From assembly GCA_963920595.1 (NCBI GenBank), contig OY986948.1:1178001-1242000 (forward strand): a stretch of DNA of 64,000 nt, given 5' to 3'. The translations under genes were made by a program, and so were the position numbers. Position 1 is the stretch's first letter. Each line of letters opens with the position of its first letter. Positions 19,890 through 33,709 of the stretch are shown here, in pieces. Origin of the DNA: Eimeria praecox (lineage: Eukaryota). The notes under the pieces were generated by a model. The model worked only from the letters and a program-made list of their open reading frames with translations. It made no database searches and was not told the origin of the DNA.

Positions 19890-21328
19890 AAGTGGCAGTA
19901 TGCATAATCCCGTACATAGAAACAAACAATAGCACGATCAACTGTATGAAGTTCTCGTCTGTACACATTTTCTTTTTTTTTCTGTTGCATGTTTCTGTGC
20001 TGTTATTAAATTATTGTTTGTCTCTTTCAAGTATACTTGCTGTGTTTTCTTGTTGTTGTTTATTTTGTTTATTATTTGATTTGGTATAACAGAAGAGACA
20101 AAGCGATAGATGCTACAGAGAAAGCCTCCAAGAAAGAGAGAAAATACGAAGGTCTCTTTTAAGACAAAACCAAGAAGGCGCCAGGTATTTTCTTCTTATT
20201 ATTCTTCTTTGTTTTATTTTATTTAGGGTTTATATTTGAACACGATAGCAGCAATATATCGAAACCCTAAACCCTAATTAAATATATGTGTTATTTAAGC
20301 CCGACAAATAAATATATAAATATATTTATCTGTATGTGTTCATATTTTGAGTAGAAATAATTTTTCTGTTTCTCCCTGCTTCGGGTGTACGTCCACCTTC
20401 GTATTTTCTTGAGCTGTGATAGTTGAATAGTGTTTATTTTATCATTTATTTATGTTTTTATTTTATTTTTTAGGATATTTGCTCAGAACTATGTACGTAA
20501 AAAACAAGAAGGATTGAATTCATTGCATATGTCTTCTAAATTAGAGGCTGTTGCTTCGAGGCTTGACGGGGCTCACCGCTCTCATCAGGTGTGTCTTCTG
20601 TTTTTGTTTTTGTTTTGTTTTTGTTTGTTTTCTTTGTTTATTATTTGTTTATTATTTGTTTTTTATGTGTTTGTTTTGCTTGTTATTGTTTGTTTGTTTA
20701 GTTGTTTGGTTTATTAATTGGATTTTCTTGTTTGTTTGTTTTCTGTTCTTTTCATCTACGTTTATTCTTCTTTTGTTTGTTTTTCTTTGCTTGTTCTTTC
20801 GTTCGTTTGTAGTTTTTGTTTTTCTATTTGTTCGTTTATTTGTTTGTTTTATTTTTTGTTTGAGTTTTTGTTTGTTTGGTTTTTATTTCTTATTGTTTGT
20901 TTTGTTTGTTTGTTTGTTTTGTTTGTTTTGTTTGTTTGTTTGTTTTGTTTGTTTGTGATGTTGATTGATGGGTTTGTTTGTTTATTTATTTTTTGTTTGT
21001 TTGTTTGCTTGTTTGTTTTATTTGTTTGTTTCTCTTGTTTTATTTGACTTATGTTTATTTTACCGTTATTTGATTTTGTTTGAATATGAATGTCTGCTCT
21101 TAACAATAAACAGAGAGAGAAAAACCAAATATAAACTATGCTATTGTTTTATAGTTTTGTATTCGAAGGCAGACAGCAGAGACAGAGAATATCCTTTATA
21201 TAGATATCTTCCTTTCTATATCTATTTATATATGTATACACATCTATCTATATCTACATATGTATATAATATACACAGTATATACATTATATATAATATA
21301 ATATATATAAAGTATAAATACTATATGC

Positions 21329-21391
<63 letters not shown>

Positions 21392-22145
21392 CAGAGGCAA
21401 AGGCGGCCCTCCTTAACAATCATCTGTGCATGTATCTCTACATTTCTTTTTTTTTTCTTTCTTCTGCTGCAGCTAACAACCAAAATACATTCTGTTGCTT
21501 CCGGCCTCTCTGGGGCTTTACGTAAGTTGGATGGTTCTTCGTCTTTGCGAGAAATTGAGCTCTTCTCCAAGCTATTCGATGATCTCGTAAACCCTAAACC
21601 CTAAACCCTAAACCCTAAACCCTAAACCCTAAACCCTAAACCCTAAACCCTAAACCCTAAACCCTGATAACCCTGAGGGCTCTGATAATCCTGATAACCC
21701 TGAAAGAGCCTAAACCCTAAATTATAGAATAGTCCTTAGATGCTCAAAGCACCCCAAGACGAAACCCTAAACCCTAAACCCTAAACCCTAAACCCTGAAA
21801 ACCCTAAGCCTCTCCAGCCCTATGCCATCAATCCTAGACATGAAGAAGGTGTTAGTTTTGATTATACTTCTGTGTTAAATGCATTTAATTTGTTTTTTTA
21901 TATTTATTTGTATTTAGGATGTAAGAAGTGAATCTGTCTCTAGTCTGCTTGATGTCTCCACATCTAGCGCTATGCCTACGCAGCAGGTTTGTCTATCAAG
22001 AGTATTAATTAATCTAAACCCTAAACCCTAAACCCTAAACCCTAAACCCTTAACTTTAAAAAATAAAAATAAATGGAAATATTTTTTTTCGTGAGCTATG
22101 CTGTTGTTTAAACCCTAAACCCTTTCTGTATTTCTAGGATTTAGG

Positions 22146-22225
<80 letters not shown>

Positions 22226-22884
22226 TGTATATATAGATGACGTCTTTGTGTATTTTGATGACAGAGAAAGAAAAGCATAAACAAACAAATATATCTTTTA
22301 TATTCTCCTTTCTACATATTTTCGTATCTTTTAAATATCTCTCACCGTATAAATATGTTTCTACTTTTCTTTTGCGGTGTATAGGCAGCTGTTTGCATAT
22401 GCATGCGATGGGATGAGCCTTCTTCTTATTATTATTTATAATAATAATAATAATAAAATTTGTTTTTATATATTTATGTTTACATATTTATGTTCCCATA
22501 CATTTCAATGTATAAAAACAAAGAAGAAGAAATTGCCTTCACTGACATCATCAGAAAAATTAATATTTTCCCGGGTGTACGTACACCGTAAATTTGCTTG
22601 CGATTTTGTTTGAATGTTTTCAGGTAGATAAAGCGCTGAAAGAAGTAGCAAATACCTTTGGAATAGAATTGGAGGATCAAACAGATACAGCAGACAGTTT
22701 TTTAATATCTCCAGCAGAAAAACAACAAATTAATTGTAAACAAGACGTCAACAATCTCTCGAAAGAATACACAGCTGTACATACACCGCAACATCATAGA
22801 GGAACAACCCGTAAACTAGGAAGGGGAAATGAATATATTAAACAAACAAGAGAAGCCCCTGGAGGCTGCTGTGGATCAAACTAA
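19703..22884 (+). CDS. CHMP1: ESCRT-III Snf7-family protein CHMP1/Did2/Vps46
   Basis: Phase-consistent exons 19703-19765, 20093-20184, 20474-20588, 21473-21586, 21918-21986, 22624-22884. Translation ILDLRIKAREL KRQSDRC...EGARIFAQNYVRKKQEGLNSLHMSSKLEAVASRL...LFDDLDVRS...PTQQVDKALKEVANTFGIEL follows the CHMP1 consensus pattern. Confidence 0.88.
21589..22050 (+). repeat. Interstitial telomere-like (AAACCCT)n tracts in CHMP1 introns
   Basis: About 11 copies at 21589-21665, 5 at 21762-21796 and 5 at 22016-22050, with degenerate variants between them. Confidence 0.95.
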
Positions 22885-23032
22885 GAAAATAATTATATGA
22901 ACCACGCAACACTTCCTGCTTTGTTATTATATATGAGTTGTCCTTAGAGACATCGCATGCAAGTCTACCAACAGTATTTCCCTTCTTCTCTTATTTTCTA
23001 TCTATCTATTATATATTTATATATATTTTAAA

Positions 23033-23073
<41 letters not shown>

Positions 23074-23898
23074 CTTCCTCAAGTTTCTTACTTGTGCTGT
23101 CTGTAGCTGTGGCGATTTCTGTTGGCTGTGAGCAATTAATAGAGTAGATCAATATTTATTCTTCCCCCCAGTTGTCAAAACCATAAAATATTTTTGTTTT
23201 TTTCTTAATTTTTTATTCTTTTAAACCCCGCTTCAACTTTACTGCTTTCTGCTTGCGTCGTCGTAGCTGCGACTCCTGCGGTCGGTCCTGCAGGGGGCCT
23301 GAGTGGCAGGGGGGTTCCCAGTAACTCAATCATAATTATGTATTTCTTTGAAATAAAGGAATAATAAGCATTATAATTTATAAATGAAGCAGGAAATATA
23401 CTAAATTTTAATTGAATACGCTGCATATCAAGGCTTTTCTGTCCTTTTCTGGCACAGCAATGTGATGGTGAATGAGGGGGTGTGGCGTAGGCTTAAACGG
23501 ATCGTTAAAGTTATTGTGGGAAGCAAAAATAAATGAAGAGAAATAAATTAGAATAACTTCAAAAAGAAATTAAATAAAATATTTTAAATACTTGTACGTA
23601 TCTTCTTTATTCTGTCCGCTTGTGAACCACCAACCAGTCTTCGGCGTTGCGGTGTACGTGCAGCTGCGGTGGCGGGAAGTTGACAATGAGAAGAAGATGC
23701 TCTGTTTGGTTGAATCGAGGGGAGAAATCGTATAATAAATACCTATTTTAAAAGAAATTATCGCCTTTTATACTATTCCCTCTCTCTTATTCTTGAAAAC
23801 TAACAAAAAATCAGCGATGTCAGAGGTTTGAATATCCGAGCATAAGAATACATTTTGCAGATTCTCCTCTCTTCTTTCGAGCTCTTTCCCCTCTCCCA

Positions 23899-24717
23899 AT
23901 GTTTCTTTTGATGTTTTTTTCTCGTTTTTTTTTAATTTTCTGTTTGATTTTATCTTTCTTATCCCCCGCCCTTGCTACCTCCGAAGGGAAATGTCGTAGA
24001 GCCTCCTCTACTGCCGCTCGCCTCTGCCGTTTAACCCCCCTGGGCTTCTGGGGGGGAAAGCCAACATATGATCCATACGAAACTCTTGGTGTTCAATCGA
24101 GTGCTTCGTTAGAATCGATTCAGAAAGCTTACAGAATCAAAGCTCGTGCCTGTCATCCAGATAAAGTACGAGCTTCATGTGGTGAGAAATCAGGTGTACG
24201 TACACCTGAAGAAACAGCACAAGGAGACGAAGAAGAACCATTCATTATCATAAATGCAGCCTATGAAATGCTAAGAAAAGAAGAAGAAAGAGATTTGTTT
24301 GATAAGAACGGATCAGGAGACGGGGGACGTTTTGTCAAGAGAGGTTTTAGTTTTTCTTCTTCTGATCAGAAACAAACAACAACACTGTTTGATATTATAT
24401 CTTTATTTAATAAACATGAAATATTTAATTTTTCTGATATTTCAGAAAAACAACAAAAGAGAGAATATGATAGAACAGATTATTATTACAATCATATTGA
24501 AGAAGATGAAGAAGAACATGAAGACGAAGATATCGATGAGTTGTTCTCAGGGTTTGAGATATTTGGTAGAGCCAAAGAAGATTTAGAAGAAGAGGAAGAA
24601 GGAGAAGAAGAAGGAGAAGAAGAAAGAGAAGAAGAAGAAGAAAGAGAAGAAGAAGATGATGAAGAAGAAACATTTCCTCTTGATTTCATTCTTTCTGATT
24701 TAGGGGATTTGTTTTAA
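23899..24717 (+). CDS. Intronless J-domain (DnaJ/Hsp40 type III) protein with signal peptide and acidic C-terminal region
   Basis: DPYETLGV...IQKAYRIKARACHPDK...FIIINAAYEMLRKEEERDLFD. Hydrophobic N-terminus followed by a short basic stretch; E/D-rich tail. Confidence 0.9.
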   Translation: MFLLMFFSRFFLIFCLILSFLSPALATSEGKCRRASSTAARLCRLTPLGFWGGKPTYDPYETLGVQSSASLESIQKAYRIKARACHPDKVRASCGEKSGVRTPEETAQGDEEEPFIIINAAYEMLRKEEERDLFDKNGSGDGGRFVKRGFSFSSSDQKQTTTLFDIISLFNKHEIFNFSDISEKQQKREYDRTDYYYNHIEEDEEEHEDEDIDELFSGFEIFGRAKEDLEEEEEGEEEGEEEREEEEEREEEDDEEETFPLDFILSDLGDLF

Positions 24718-25256
24718 TTAGAATGATCGTTCATTCTTCTAATCTTTTTTTTTGTTTTTACTGTTTATGTTTATGTTTCTAGGGTGTATAGACAGCTGGC
24801 GGTGATAGATATCTTTCTTTTGACACTTATTTATTTATTTTTTTCTGTTATTATTCGTTGTTAATACTTCACTCTGTTTTTTCTCTGTCTTCTTCAAGTA
24901 ACAACGCATGCAGCCCCAAAATAAAACTATGGCTGTAGTCTAGCAACAAAGTATAAGCATCTCATTCTTTTAAGAATGAGGTGTACATACACCTTCTTAT
25001 TTACTGTTCTACACTTTATCTTTATCTTTAACTTGTCAATTTAAACCATAAGAAATCCAAGTTAAGAGAGATAGTTAAACTCGTGTTGAACTCGGCGATC
25101 ATAATTTTATTTAATTTGTTTTGTAATTAATTTTGTAATGTTTTCATAAATAACTCAAAAAAGAAAAAAAAGAAAAAAAGTTAATATAAATAAAACATAC
25201 ATCCGAGTGTTTAATACACTCAGGTGTATGTACATACACCGCAGAGTGTATGTTTG

Positions 25257-25798
25257 TTACTCTTTTTTCACACAATAGCATCTCTCATTTTTAGTTAATG
25301 TTGTTATTTTATCGTCAAGGAGCAGCAAATCTTTGGCGCTCTGACTGACAAAAGAAGAAGAAGAAGAACAAGAAGAAGAAGAAGAGGAAGAAGAAGAAAA
25401 AGAACAAGTAGCAGCAGCAGCAGCAGCAGCAGGAGGAGCAGCAGCAGCAGGAGCAGCAGGAGCAGGAACAGCAGCAGCAGGAGCAGGAACAGCAGCAGCA
25501 GGAGCAGCAGCAGCAGAAGAGGAAGAACAAGAAGAGAAAGAAGAAGAAGAAGCGCCTCCCATAGCATTATCTGATAGTATAAACCCTGCAGCCTCTCGAG
25601 GATCTGCCCAAACAATTTTTAATAGATCATCTAAACTTAAAGAAGATATTGTTTTATTTCTACTATTCAAAGAAGTATTTCGAGGCCTTCCTCTCTTACA
25701 ATTGGGAGATATACGATTATTAGAAGAAAAAGAAGAAGATAAACGCTCATTCATATTATTCTCCCCCTCACCTACAACACAACAACTACTACTGCTAC

Positions 25799-25845
<47 letters not shown>

Positions 25846-27083
25846 TTAGAGGCAGCAGTTCTATTGGGTGTTATAGTACTACCCCCTGCTAGTTTAGCTG
25901 AGACGTAATAACCTTCGACTCGCATAAGAAAACGTTTGGGATCATAGAAAACCACAAATTCTTTAATTTGAGGATCTTCTATCATCTCCCAACCATCTGC
26001 AGCTCCTAGAGCTGTACATACACTCGAAATATCTTGAGGAAGCAAGCTAGCCCCTCCTCCATCTCCTACTAAACCTCTAGAGAGTATCCAAGCAACAGCT
26101 CGAGCTCTTGCTGCTTCAAATCCTAAACGATTGCAGCTGAAAGAACGCGATATTCTCTTACCTTCACCGGGGGCCCCCGGGGGCCCCCCCCCTCTCTCTG
26201 CTGCTGTGTTTGTCTGCCACTGTACGCGCCACAACTTCTTTAAACTATCATAATAAACACCTTTGACAGGAGATCGAAGACTTGAAGTTGAAGAAGCCTC
26301 GACTCCACGTGTAGATACACCGCAGGAAGGGAAAGTATGAGGACCACAACCAGCAGCAGCAGCAGCTGCTGCTGCTGCATGTGCTGCTGCTGCTGCAGCA
26401 GCAGCTGCTGCTGCTGTTGCTGTTGTATCTACCCCACTCGGCCCCAGTAACGAAGGGATAAACGCCCTGCTGTTTGTGCTGCTGCAGGAACAGCCATTCT
26501 TGCTGCTGCAGCAGCAGCTATTGCTGCAGCTACTGCTGCTGTTGCTGCTGCTGTTGCTGCTGCTGCTGCTACTGCTGCTGTGGAAGGTTGCTTCTAGAGC
26601 ACAAGAGCCACAGGGATTGATGAGGGAGAATGTTTCTGGAGGAGAAGAGATAGTATTTGGTGCTTCACTCTCAAGTATACGTTCTCTCTCGCTTTGTCTA
26701 CTTCTACGTTGTTGTTTATTACAAAGGGCCCCCCAAGGAGCAGCAGCATTTTCTTGTGTTTGAGAGAAGAAAGATATACGAGACATATCATCATTTGTAG
26801 TATTGAGGGCGACAGATCTGCCACAACAACTTCCTTGATAGTATCTCTTTCCTCTTAATCCCTCATGTTGTATATTATTAGATGAAGAAGAATCAAAGGG
26901 GGCCCCCGGGGGCCCCTTCATTGCTGCTGTTCTTCTATTTACGCTGAGACGAGGCCTTCGACGTGTTGTTTTGTGTGTTATAACAGAAGAATTTGATTTT
27001 GTAATGCCGCCTTCTATGAAATCTGCTGCTGCTGCAGCTGCAGCAGCAGCTGCTGCTGCTGCTGCAACTGCTAGATCCTCTGC

Positions 27084-27124
<41 letters not shown>

Positions 27125-27166
27125 TTGTTATCGTTGGCTCTCTGCCAGGGTCTGTTGCTGCTCCTG

Positions 27167-27202
<36 letters not shown>

Positions 27203-27603
27203 TATAGGAGCTTCTGACTACAGCTTCTGCAGCAGCAGTCCCTGCGCCTTGCGTCCAGGTGTATGTACAGCTTTCTTTATTTCTTTCGCTTTCCTTCATA
27301 ATATCAACAAAGCCATCCATTTCATCAATATAATCTAAATACTCTCTCGTCTGCTGCAATCTAGCAGCAGCAGCAGCATCAACAACTGAGCCCCTCGGTG
27401 TAAGCACAAAATCTGTAGGGGCCCCTGGGGGCCCCCCAACATCATGTGAGTGTAGATATTGTTTTTCTGAGTTAGACAGATCTTGTTCTGCTACTCGTGC
27501 TGCTGTAGAAACGTTTATGCTGCTGTTTGTTGCTGGCTTGTTGCCGTAGATAGGGGGCCCCCAGCTGCTGCTGGGGCTCTGGGGGGCCCCTGTGTGCCCA
27601 TCT

Positions 27604-27638
<35 letters not shown>

Positions 27639-28031
27639 GGCAGCAGCAGGGGCAGCAGCAGGGGCAGGGGCAGGTGAAGCGGCAGGGGGTTGCTGCAGCA
27701 GCTCAAGAGCTTCGTGAATATCTGTATTTGTAATATTATCGAGATTAAGGGCCCGCAGCAGGACTGTCTTAAGTTGCTCAGATTCTTCTTCTTCAGATAG
27801 AAACATAGCAGCAACTTGTTTATATTCTGCTGCTATGAAAGAACTTATTGCTTCTGCTGCTGCTGCCTCTAACCTCTTTATGGCTTTTGACAACACACCA
27901 TGTAGAGTCTGATTCAAAGCAGAGTACAACACTCTGTCGCTTGCAGCACATGCTGTTGTTGTTGTTGCTGCTGCGGCTGCTGCTGTTGGTGTCGGTGTTG
28001 CTGCTGTTGTTGGTGTTGATATTGCTGCTGG

Positions 28032-28062
<31 letters not shown>

Positions 28063-28175
28063 GCTGCTGCTGCTGTTGGTGTAGCTGCAGCCGCTGGGGT
28101 TGCTGCTGGAGTCGTTTCCGCCTTTGGTGCTGCAGCTCCACAAGCAGGGAAGGAGGAGCTGCAGTTTGCTGCTGC

Positions 28176-28207
<32 letters not shown>

Positions 28208-28982
28208 TTGTCAGGGTTCGACTACTGTCTGCGAATCTAATTAAGGTCTCTGTCATCGGGGGGCCCCCAACTCCCCCACAGGGGATCGTGGGGGGCCCCT
28301 CCTGTATAATTTGCTGCTGTACATTGGGTTCTAGAGAGACAGCAGAAAGAAGAGGAGGTTCTGTGTTCGATAATATATGAGTTTCTACAGCGGGTTTTAT
28401 AAATGTAGAGTCTTTACGAGAAGATATAGACTGTCTCTTATGATATGCAACACCTGAGTCAAGAGAAACAGATGAAGAAGAAGGAGATAGGCCACGGCTG
28501 CCTGGGGGGCCCCTGGGGGCCCCTGTTCTCGCAGCACGCTGTTTACGACAACCAAATGAATTCAAAGCAGACACCGTAGATTGTGATGCTGAATACAGAA
28601 ACGGATCCTGATGCACCTCAAAGAGGTGTTGTTGTTGTTGTTGTTGTTGCTGTTGCTGTTGCTGCTGCTGTTGCTGCTGCGGGTGTGACCACGGCAATTG
28701 TTGTTGTTGTTGTTGCTGCTGCTGCCGGTGCAGTAGCTGCTGATCTTGATGCAGCAAACCTCCTCCAGAAACTACACAAGAGGAGGCTTCATCCTGCAGT
28801 GGCCCTGTGCAGCTGTTGAACTGAGTAGGGAGATACGGCCGGGTCACCTGGGGGTCCTCCTTGGGGGTTGGCGTTTGGGGTTCGGGTGTCTGTACAGCTG
28901 GTTTGTGAAAAGAAACCTGACTTGTATGAGATGAATGCTCATTAGATGGCCTCGTAAACGGGATACTGCAAGCGTCCAACAT
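25257..28982 (-). CDS. ApiAP2 transcription factor (single AP2 domain at ~26085-26275)
   Basis: Single long ORF with first ATG at 28982. Contains SPVKGVYYDSLKKLWRVQW...RISRSFSCNRLGFEAARARAVAW, a typical apicomplexan AP2 domain, in low-complexity sequence. Confidence 0.9.
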
Positions 28983-31368
28983 TGTAATGACCCTATTCAG
29001 AGGGGCCCCCCTCTCCCCCCCTATACACCTGCGTGCTGTATGAGCTGCACGGGCAGCAGGAAGGGAGAGGTATCCCACACTTTATGATTATATTGTCCTG
29101 ATTTCAAAGTGTTAAGAGAAAAATTATCTATTAAAACTTAAATTATTTAAGAAGAAAGCCGTTAAAGAAATAAACAGTAAGGGATGCGCGGGCCGGCTGG
29201 CCTCACCGCCCCTGACCACCCAAGAGCCGGTCTACACGGCCCCCATTTCGTGTGCATACAACAACGAAAATGCAAACAAACGCCAATTAATATTTTAAAA
29301 ACAACAAAATAAAATTTGAAAAACAAATAAACCTCAAGAAAAACTAGTGAACTGAGTGGTTGTGTGTTTATGTCTCGGGCTGCACGCGCATATCGGCGGC
29401 TACTTGACTGTGCAGGCGACGACAGGAGCAAAAATACCTTGTTTCGTTATAATTAGCAATAAAGTCGTTTAAATATATCCCTCAATTGAAAAATAAACAA
29501 CTATCAGGAGGAAATTGATGAAGACAGCTCCCCGAGCAACCTGCCATCGCAGCGTCGTTGCTGCCCTCCAGCCACGAGGCAGTGTCACTGCAGGCGAGTC
29601 AGCTTGGGTCGAAGTAATGGCTTTCTTGACTTTCTTTTTGAAGGAAGAACTAAAACTAGTAATTATATGATCGAAAATAGCAAAAATGTTCAAGGTTTCT
29701 TCTTTAAATCGGTGGCTTTGCCGTGGCGGCGCGGGGCCTGCGCACTCGTGCGCGTCGTTGCTCTGTTCGGTTGCGCTGGCAGAGGAGGAAGGAAGAAGCT
29801 TAGGCTTCAAAATCTTCAAGCATACAAGTTTACAAATATAAATAAATTTAAATTGTAAAAAAAACATCAGCTTTCCCGGGTTTTTGAGGTCGGAGTTTCC
29901 TCGGTCACTAACTGCTCTCTGGGCATCTGGTGTGCATCTGTCGACAGAAGAAGAAGAGGCAGCTTCAACGTTGACTGCGGCCTTGAAAGCTTCTTCCAAT
30001 TCTATTTCCGTTAATTTATTTAAATGTATTTAAAAGGGAATGCCGCATTTAAATGAAGAAGAAGAAGACAGAATACGCAGAGCCAACGCCGACGAGTCAA
30101 GTCGGGCTGCTGCAGCTTTGCGGAAGCTACTGTAGAGTGTCGAAACCTGTTGCACCGACAACGCAATTAAAACCTGAAACTCATGAATATTTATAGTTAT
30201 AGATTTAATTACAAGTGTATTTCCTTTATCCTTTAATCCAAGTGTTTATATTTGCATGCGTGAGAGTTCGATTGCGCTATCATCAATGGGATTGCTTCAG
30301 CTCTGCCGTTGGTTGGCGGCGGTTGAGAGATGTATTTGTTGAATTTTCTGTTTATTTATATGGAAATGTTTGAAATTAAAAACAAAGAAATGTATTTCAG
30401 GTTTATATTTCTTTGTATGCGTTCGCACTTACTCTTTCATCTTCTTGACTTGAAGAACTCCACAGATTATATGCCGGAGAGTCTTCGTCTTAGGTTTCCT
30501 TGCTTCTTTTTCTCTCTTTTCACTTGATATATCTTTTATAAAAGATTTTGAAAACGTTTATTAAAGAGAAGAGTAGAGATTAAACGGCGGGTTTCATGCT
30601 AAGGTCACCCGCAGCGCCTACGCCTATCAAAACCCATAACGAGACGGTATCTAACAAGAAAGCCCGTGAAATAATGAAAAAGACGTTATGAAATACATAT
30701 AAACAACAAATATAATAAAATACTTTAATATTATTATCTTCTTCTTTCTCGATTTAGCAGCAGGTGACTCGTGTACAGAGTTGAGTTGGTGTTTATAGCA
30801 TCCTCGCTCTTATTCTTGTGTTTTCACGAGTTTCTATAGAATCAAATATTTAAATAAATAGTTTATTAAAAACATCTGATAGCCTCAATTTCACATTCAA
30901 ATCCCCCTTAATGTGTCTCATTAAATCCCTGTGTTGCTTCAATCCTACATACAATACATCTATTATTTGTTGTCGCGTACATTCTTCCTCCTTCTTCTTC
31001 TACAATATAAACTTATATTTATGTACAGCAAATACAACTTTTCTGCATGTAGTAGAATTATTTAATATAATTTAAACTACATTTTATTTGTATTATTATT
31101 ATTGCTTAAGAAGCATCAAATTTGTTTTCGCTTTTTTATTTTCTGACGTCATTCGTCCTTCTGCCGAGTATATAATATTACAAATAATATTATTATTATT
31201 AAAACTATTATTATTATTATATATTATTATTATTATTAAAACTATACCGTATTGGGGTATCTTCACAGCTACAAATAAACTGTTAAATATATCTACCTTG
31301 GATTTAGAAAATAGAAATGATGTTCTTCGCCTCAGAATAGAAACTGCATGCAGATAATGAAGCAGCGA

Positions 31369-31467
<99 letters not shown>

Positions 31468-31468
31468 C

Positions 31469-31499
<31 letters not shown>

Positions 31500-31732
31500 T
31501 ATATACAAAATCAAACAAACTGTTGCTTTATATGGCCTTCTGCATGCAAGCAAAGCATAAAGCGGAAACAACAATATAAATTATTTTATTAACAAATTAA
31601 ATTATTCCTAAACAAATTTTTTCTGCTTCAGATAATAAATAATTGTTTCTTAGTATCTCCCTTTGTATTATTTTCTGATAAATTTGTTTAATTTTTTGTT
31701 TGTTTTCTTCCTACTTCAACCCTTGTTCTAAA

Positions 31733-31818
31733 GCTAGCTTGCTAGCTACAGCTAGCTACATGGCTAGCTAGCTACAGCCAGCTAGCTAGCTAGCTAGCTA
31801 GCTAGCTAGCTAGCTAGC
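31733..31818. repeat. (TAGC)n self-complementary tetranucleotide repeat (second tract at ~47468-47509)
   Basis: Directly visible. Confidence 0.9.
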
Positions 31819-32195
31819 CACCTCAGTCTTCGTTGTGTTCTGCATTTAACAACTAAAGCTCATGGGTTTGTCCCTCTCTTCAGAAAACAACAAATACTCT
31901 TTCTTCAGGGCGGCTGAGTCTACATAACAAATACGGAGTGTATAGACAGTTTACTAGAGCAGTTTAGATATATAAATGTTTGCTACAAATACATTTATGT
32001 ACACATAAATATACAGAAAAGGTTTATGATAATAATACACATGAAAATCGAATTCAATATGTATATAAATATATATAAGCAAGCATAAACATCTACATTA
32101 AATATGCATTTATATGGATATCAATATCTGTTTGTTTAAGGAGCTATCTGCCTATACATGTATATAATATCTATCTATCTATCTATCTATTTACA

Positions 32196-32242
<47 letters not shown>

Positions 32243-32738
32243 GTTCGGATAGTAGCTACATAAACACGTATGCATGATTGTACATACACGCGTAAATATG
32301 CAAGTATAAACATCTAATAAAATAAAAACAAACATCTAATAATAAAAATAATATATAATAAATATAATTATACATTTGTTTACAAATGTATATACTTGTT
32401 ATCTAAAGAATATCATTAGTTTATTTTTGTCTTCTTACAAAAAGAAAACAAACTAAGCCTGAAATAAATATATTTTATTATTGAAAGTGAAGAGGGGTCC
32501 TCAATCGTTAGCTGAAGTATCTTCTCTCTGTACGCTGCACTGTACGTACACCTCCACCAATAATTAATATAATTGCTGTTTCTACTTTATTGCTTTTAGA
32601 TATAAACATTAATGTATATAAAGTATTAATATTAATATTAATTGTAGAGAACGTGAGATAGAATAAAAATAAAATAAAATAAAAAATACATGTTTGGCTT
32701 TGTTGCTCTGCTTTTGCTCTCTCACTTTTAGGAATCGT

Positions 32739-32796
<58 letters not shown>

Positions 32797-32949
32797 ATAC
32801 ATATATAATACATATATAATATATTAAGGGGGTTGAAGAGGTAAGAGTCATCAAATCAATACAAATCAAATAAACAACATGTATGAGAGAACTAAAAACT
32901 AAAGACGCAGATTTGTTTGTATATAATATTCTACAAACTGTATATTATG

Positions 32950-32988
<39 letters not shown>

Positions 32989-33709
32989 AGCATATACAAG
33001 CATATACAGATATAAGGATCTAAATGCAAATATAAAGATACTATATATATATATATAATATACTTGATTAGGATATGGCTAAGTTGTTAATATTGTGTAT
33101 AATTAAATGAGTTAGTTCTTCATGGTTTTGTTTCTTGTACTAACTAACAGCCGATATATTCCCTCTTTGCTTTTTTTTGGCTATGGATTTGAAGTAAACA
33201 TTTGCAATATTTTATATTATTTGATTATTTAAAATAAATATTTCTGAAATTTACAAATATTTATCTCCAAAATTTTATTTAAATCGAAGAAATCCAACCA
33301 CCGGTTCGTCACGCGATCCATCGAGAGTGGAAGGGAGAGGGAATATAAGCAACATCGTGAAAATAAACTGTATTTTATGTTTTTCTTGATAAATTTTATA
33401 TTTAAATATTTAATTTTAATAATTTATTTTTAAATAATTAAATTAAAGAAGCCATACGTTGTGAATCTGCTCTCGCTTTCTCCCTTCCCCCCCCCCCCCC
33501 CCCCCCCCGCTCTCGTTTACAGGAGTTATTCTAATCAGCTTCGCTGAGCCGGTGGTTGCTTTGTGTGTTTATTTGTATAATTTCATGAATATAATCAAAT
33601 AAACAGAAATATTTAGTAGCATTTATTATCAATTGAGTCAATAATATTTAATTTTACGGGGTGTACAGACTCCGATGGTGTTGTTGAGCTTCGACTCATC
33701 ATACCATAG

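Noticed and set aside
21589..22050. True telomere or chromosome end
   Set aside because: Short interstitial tracts inside introns of an intact gene, which is typical for Eimeria.
33295..33558. 10-bp inverted repeat CAACCACCGG/CCGGTGGTTG as MITE termini
   Set aside because: Short, single instance, and no target-site duplication seen.
29162..33600. ORFs upstream of the AP2 gene (e.g. 29469-29999 on the minus strand)
   Set aside because: Non-ATG or weak starts and no recognisable domain; likely a long 5'UTR or promoter.
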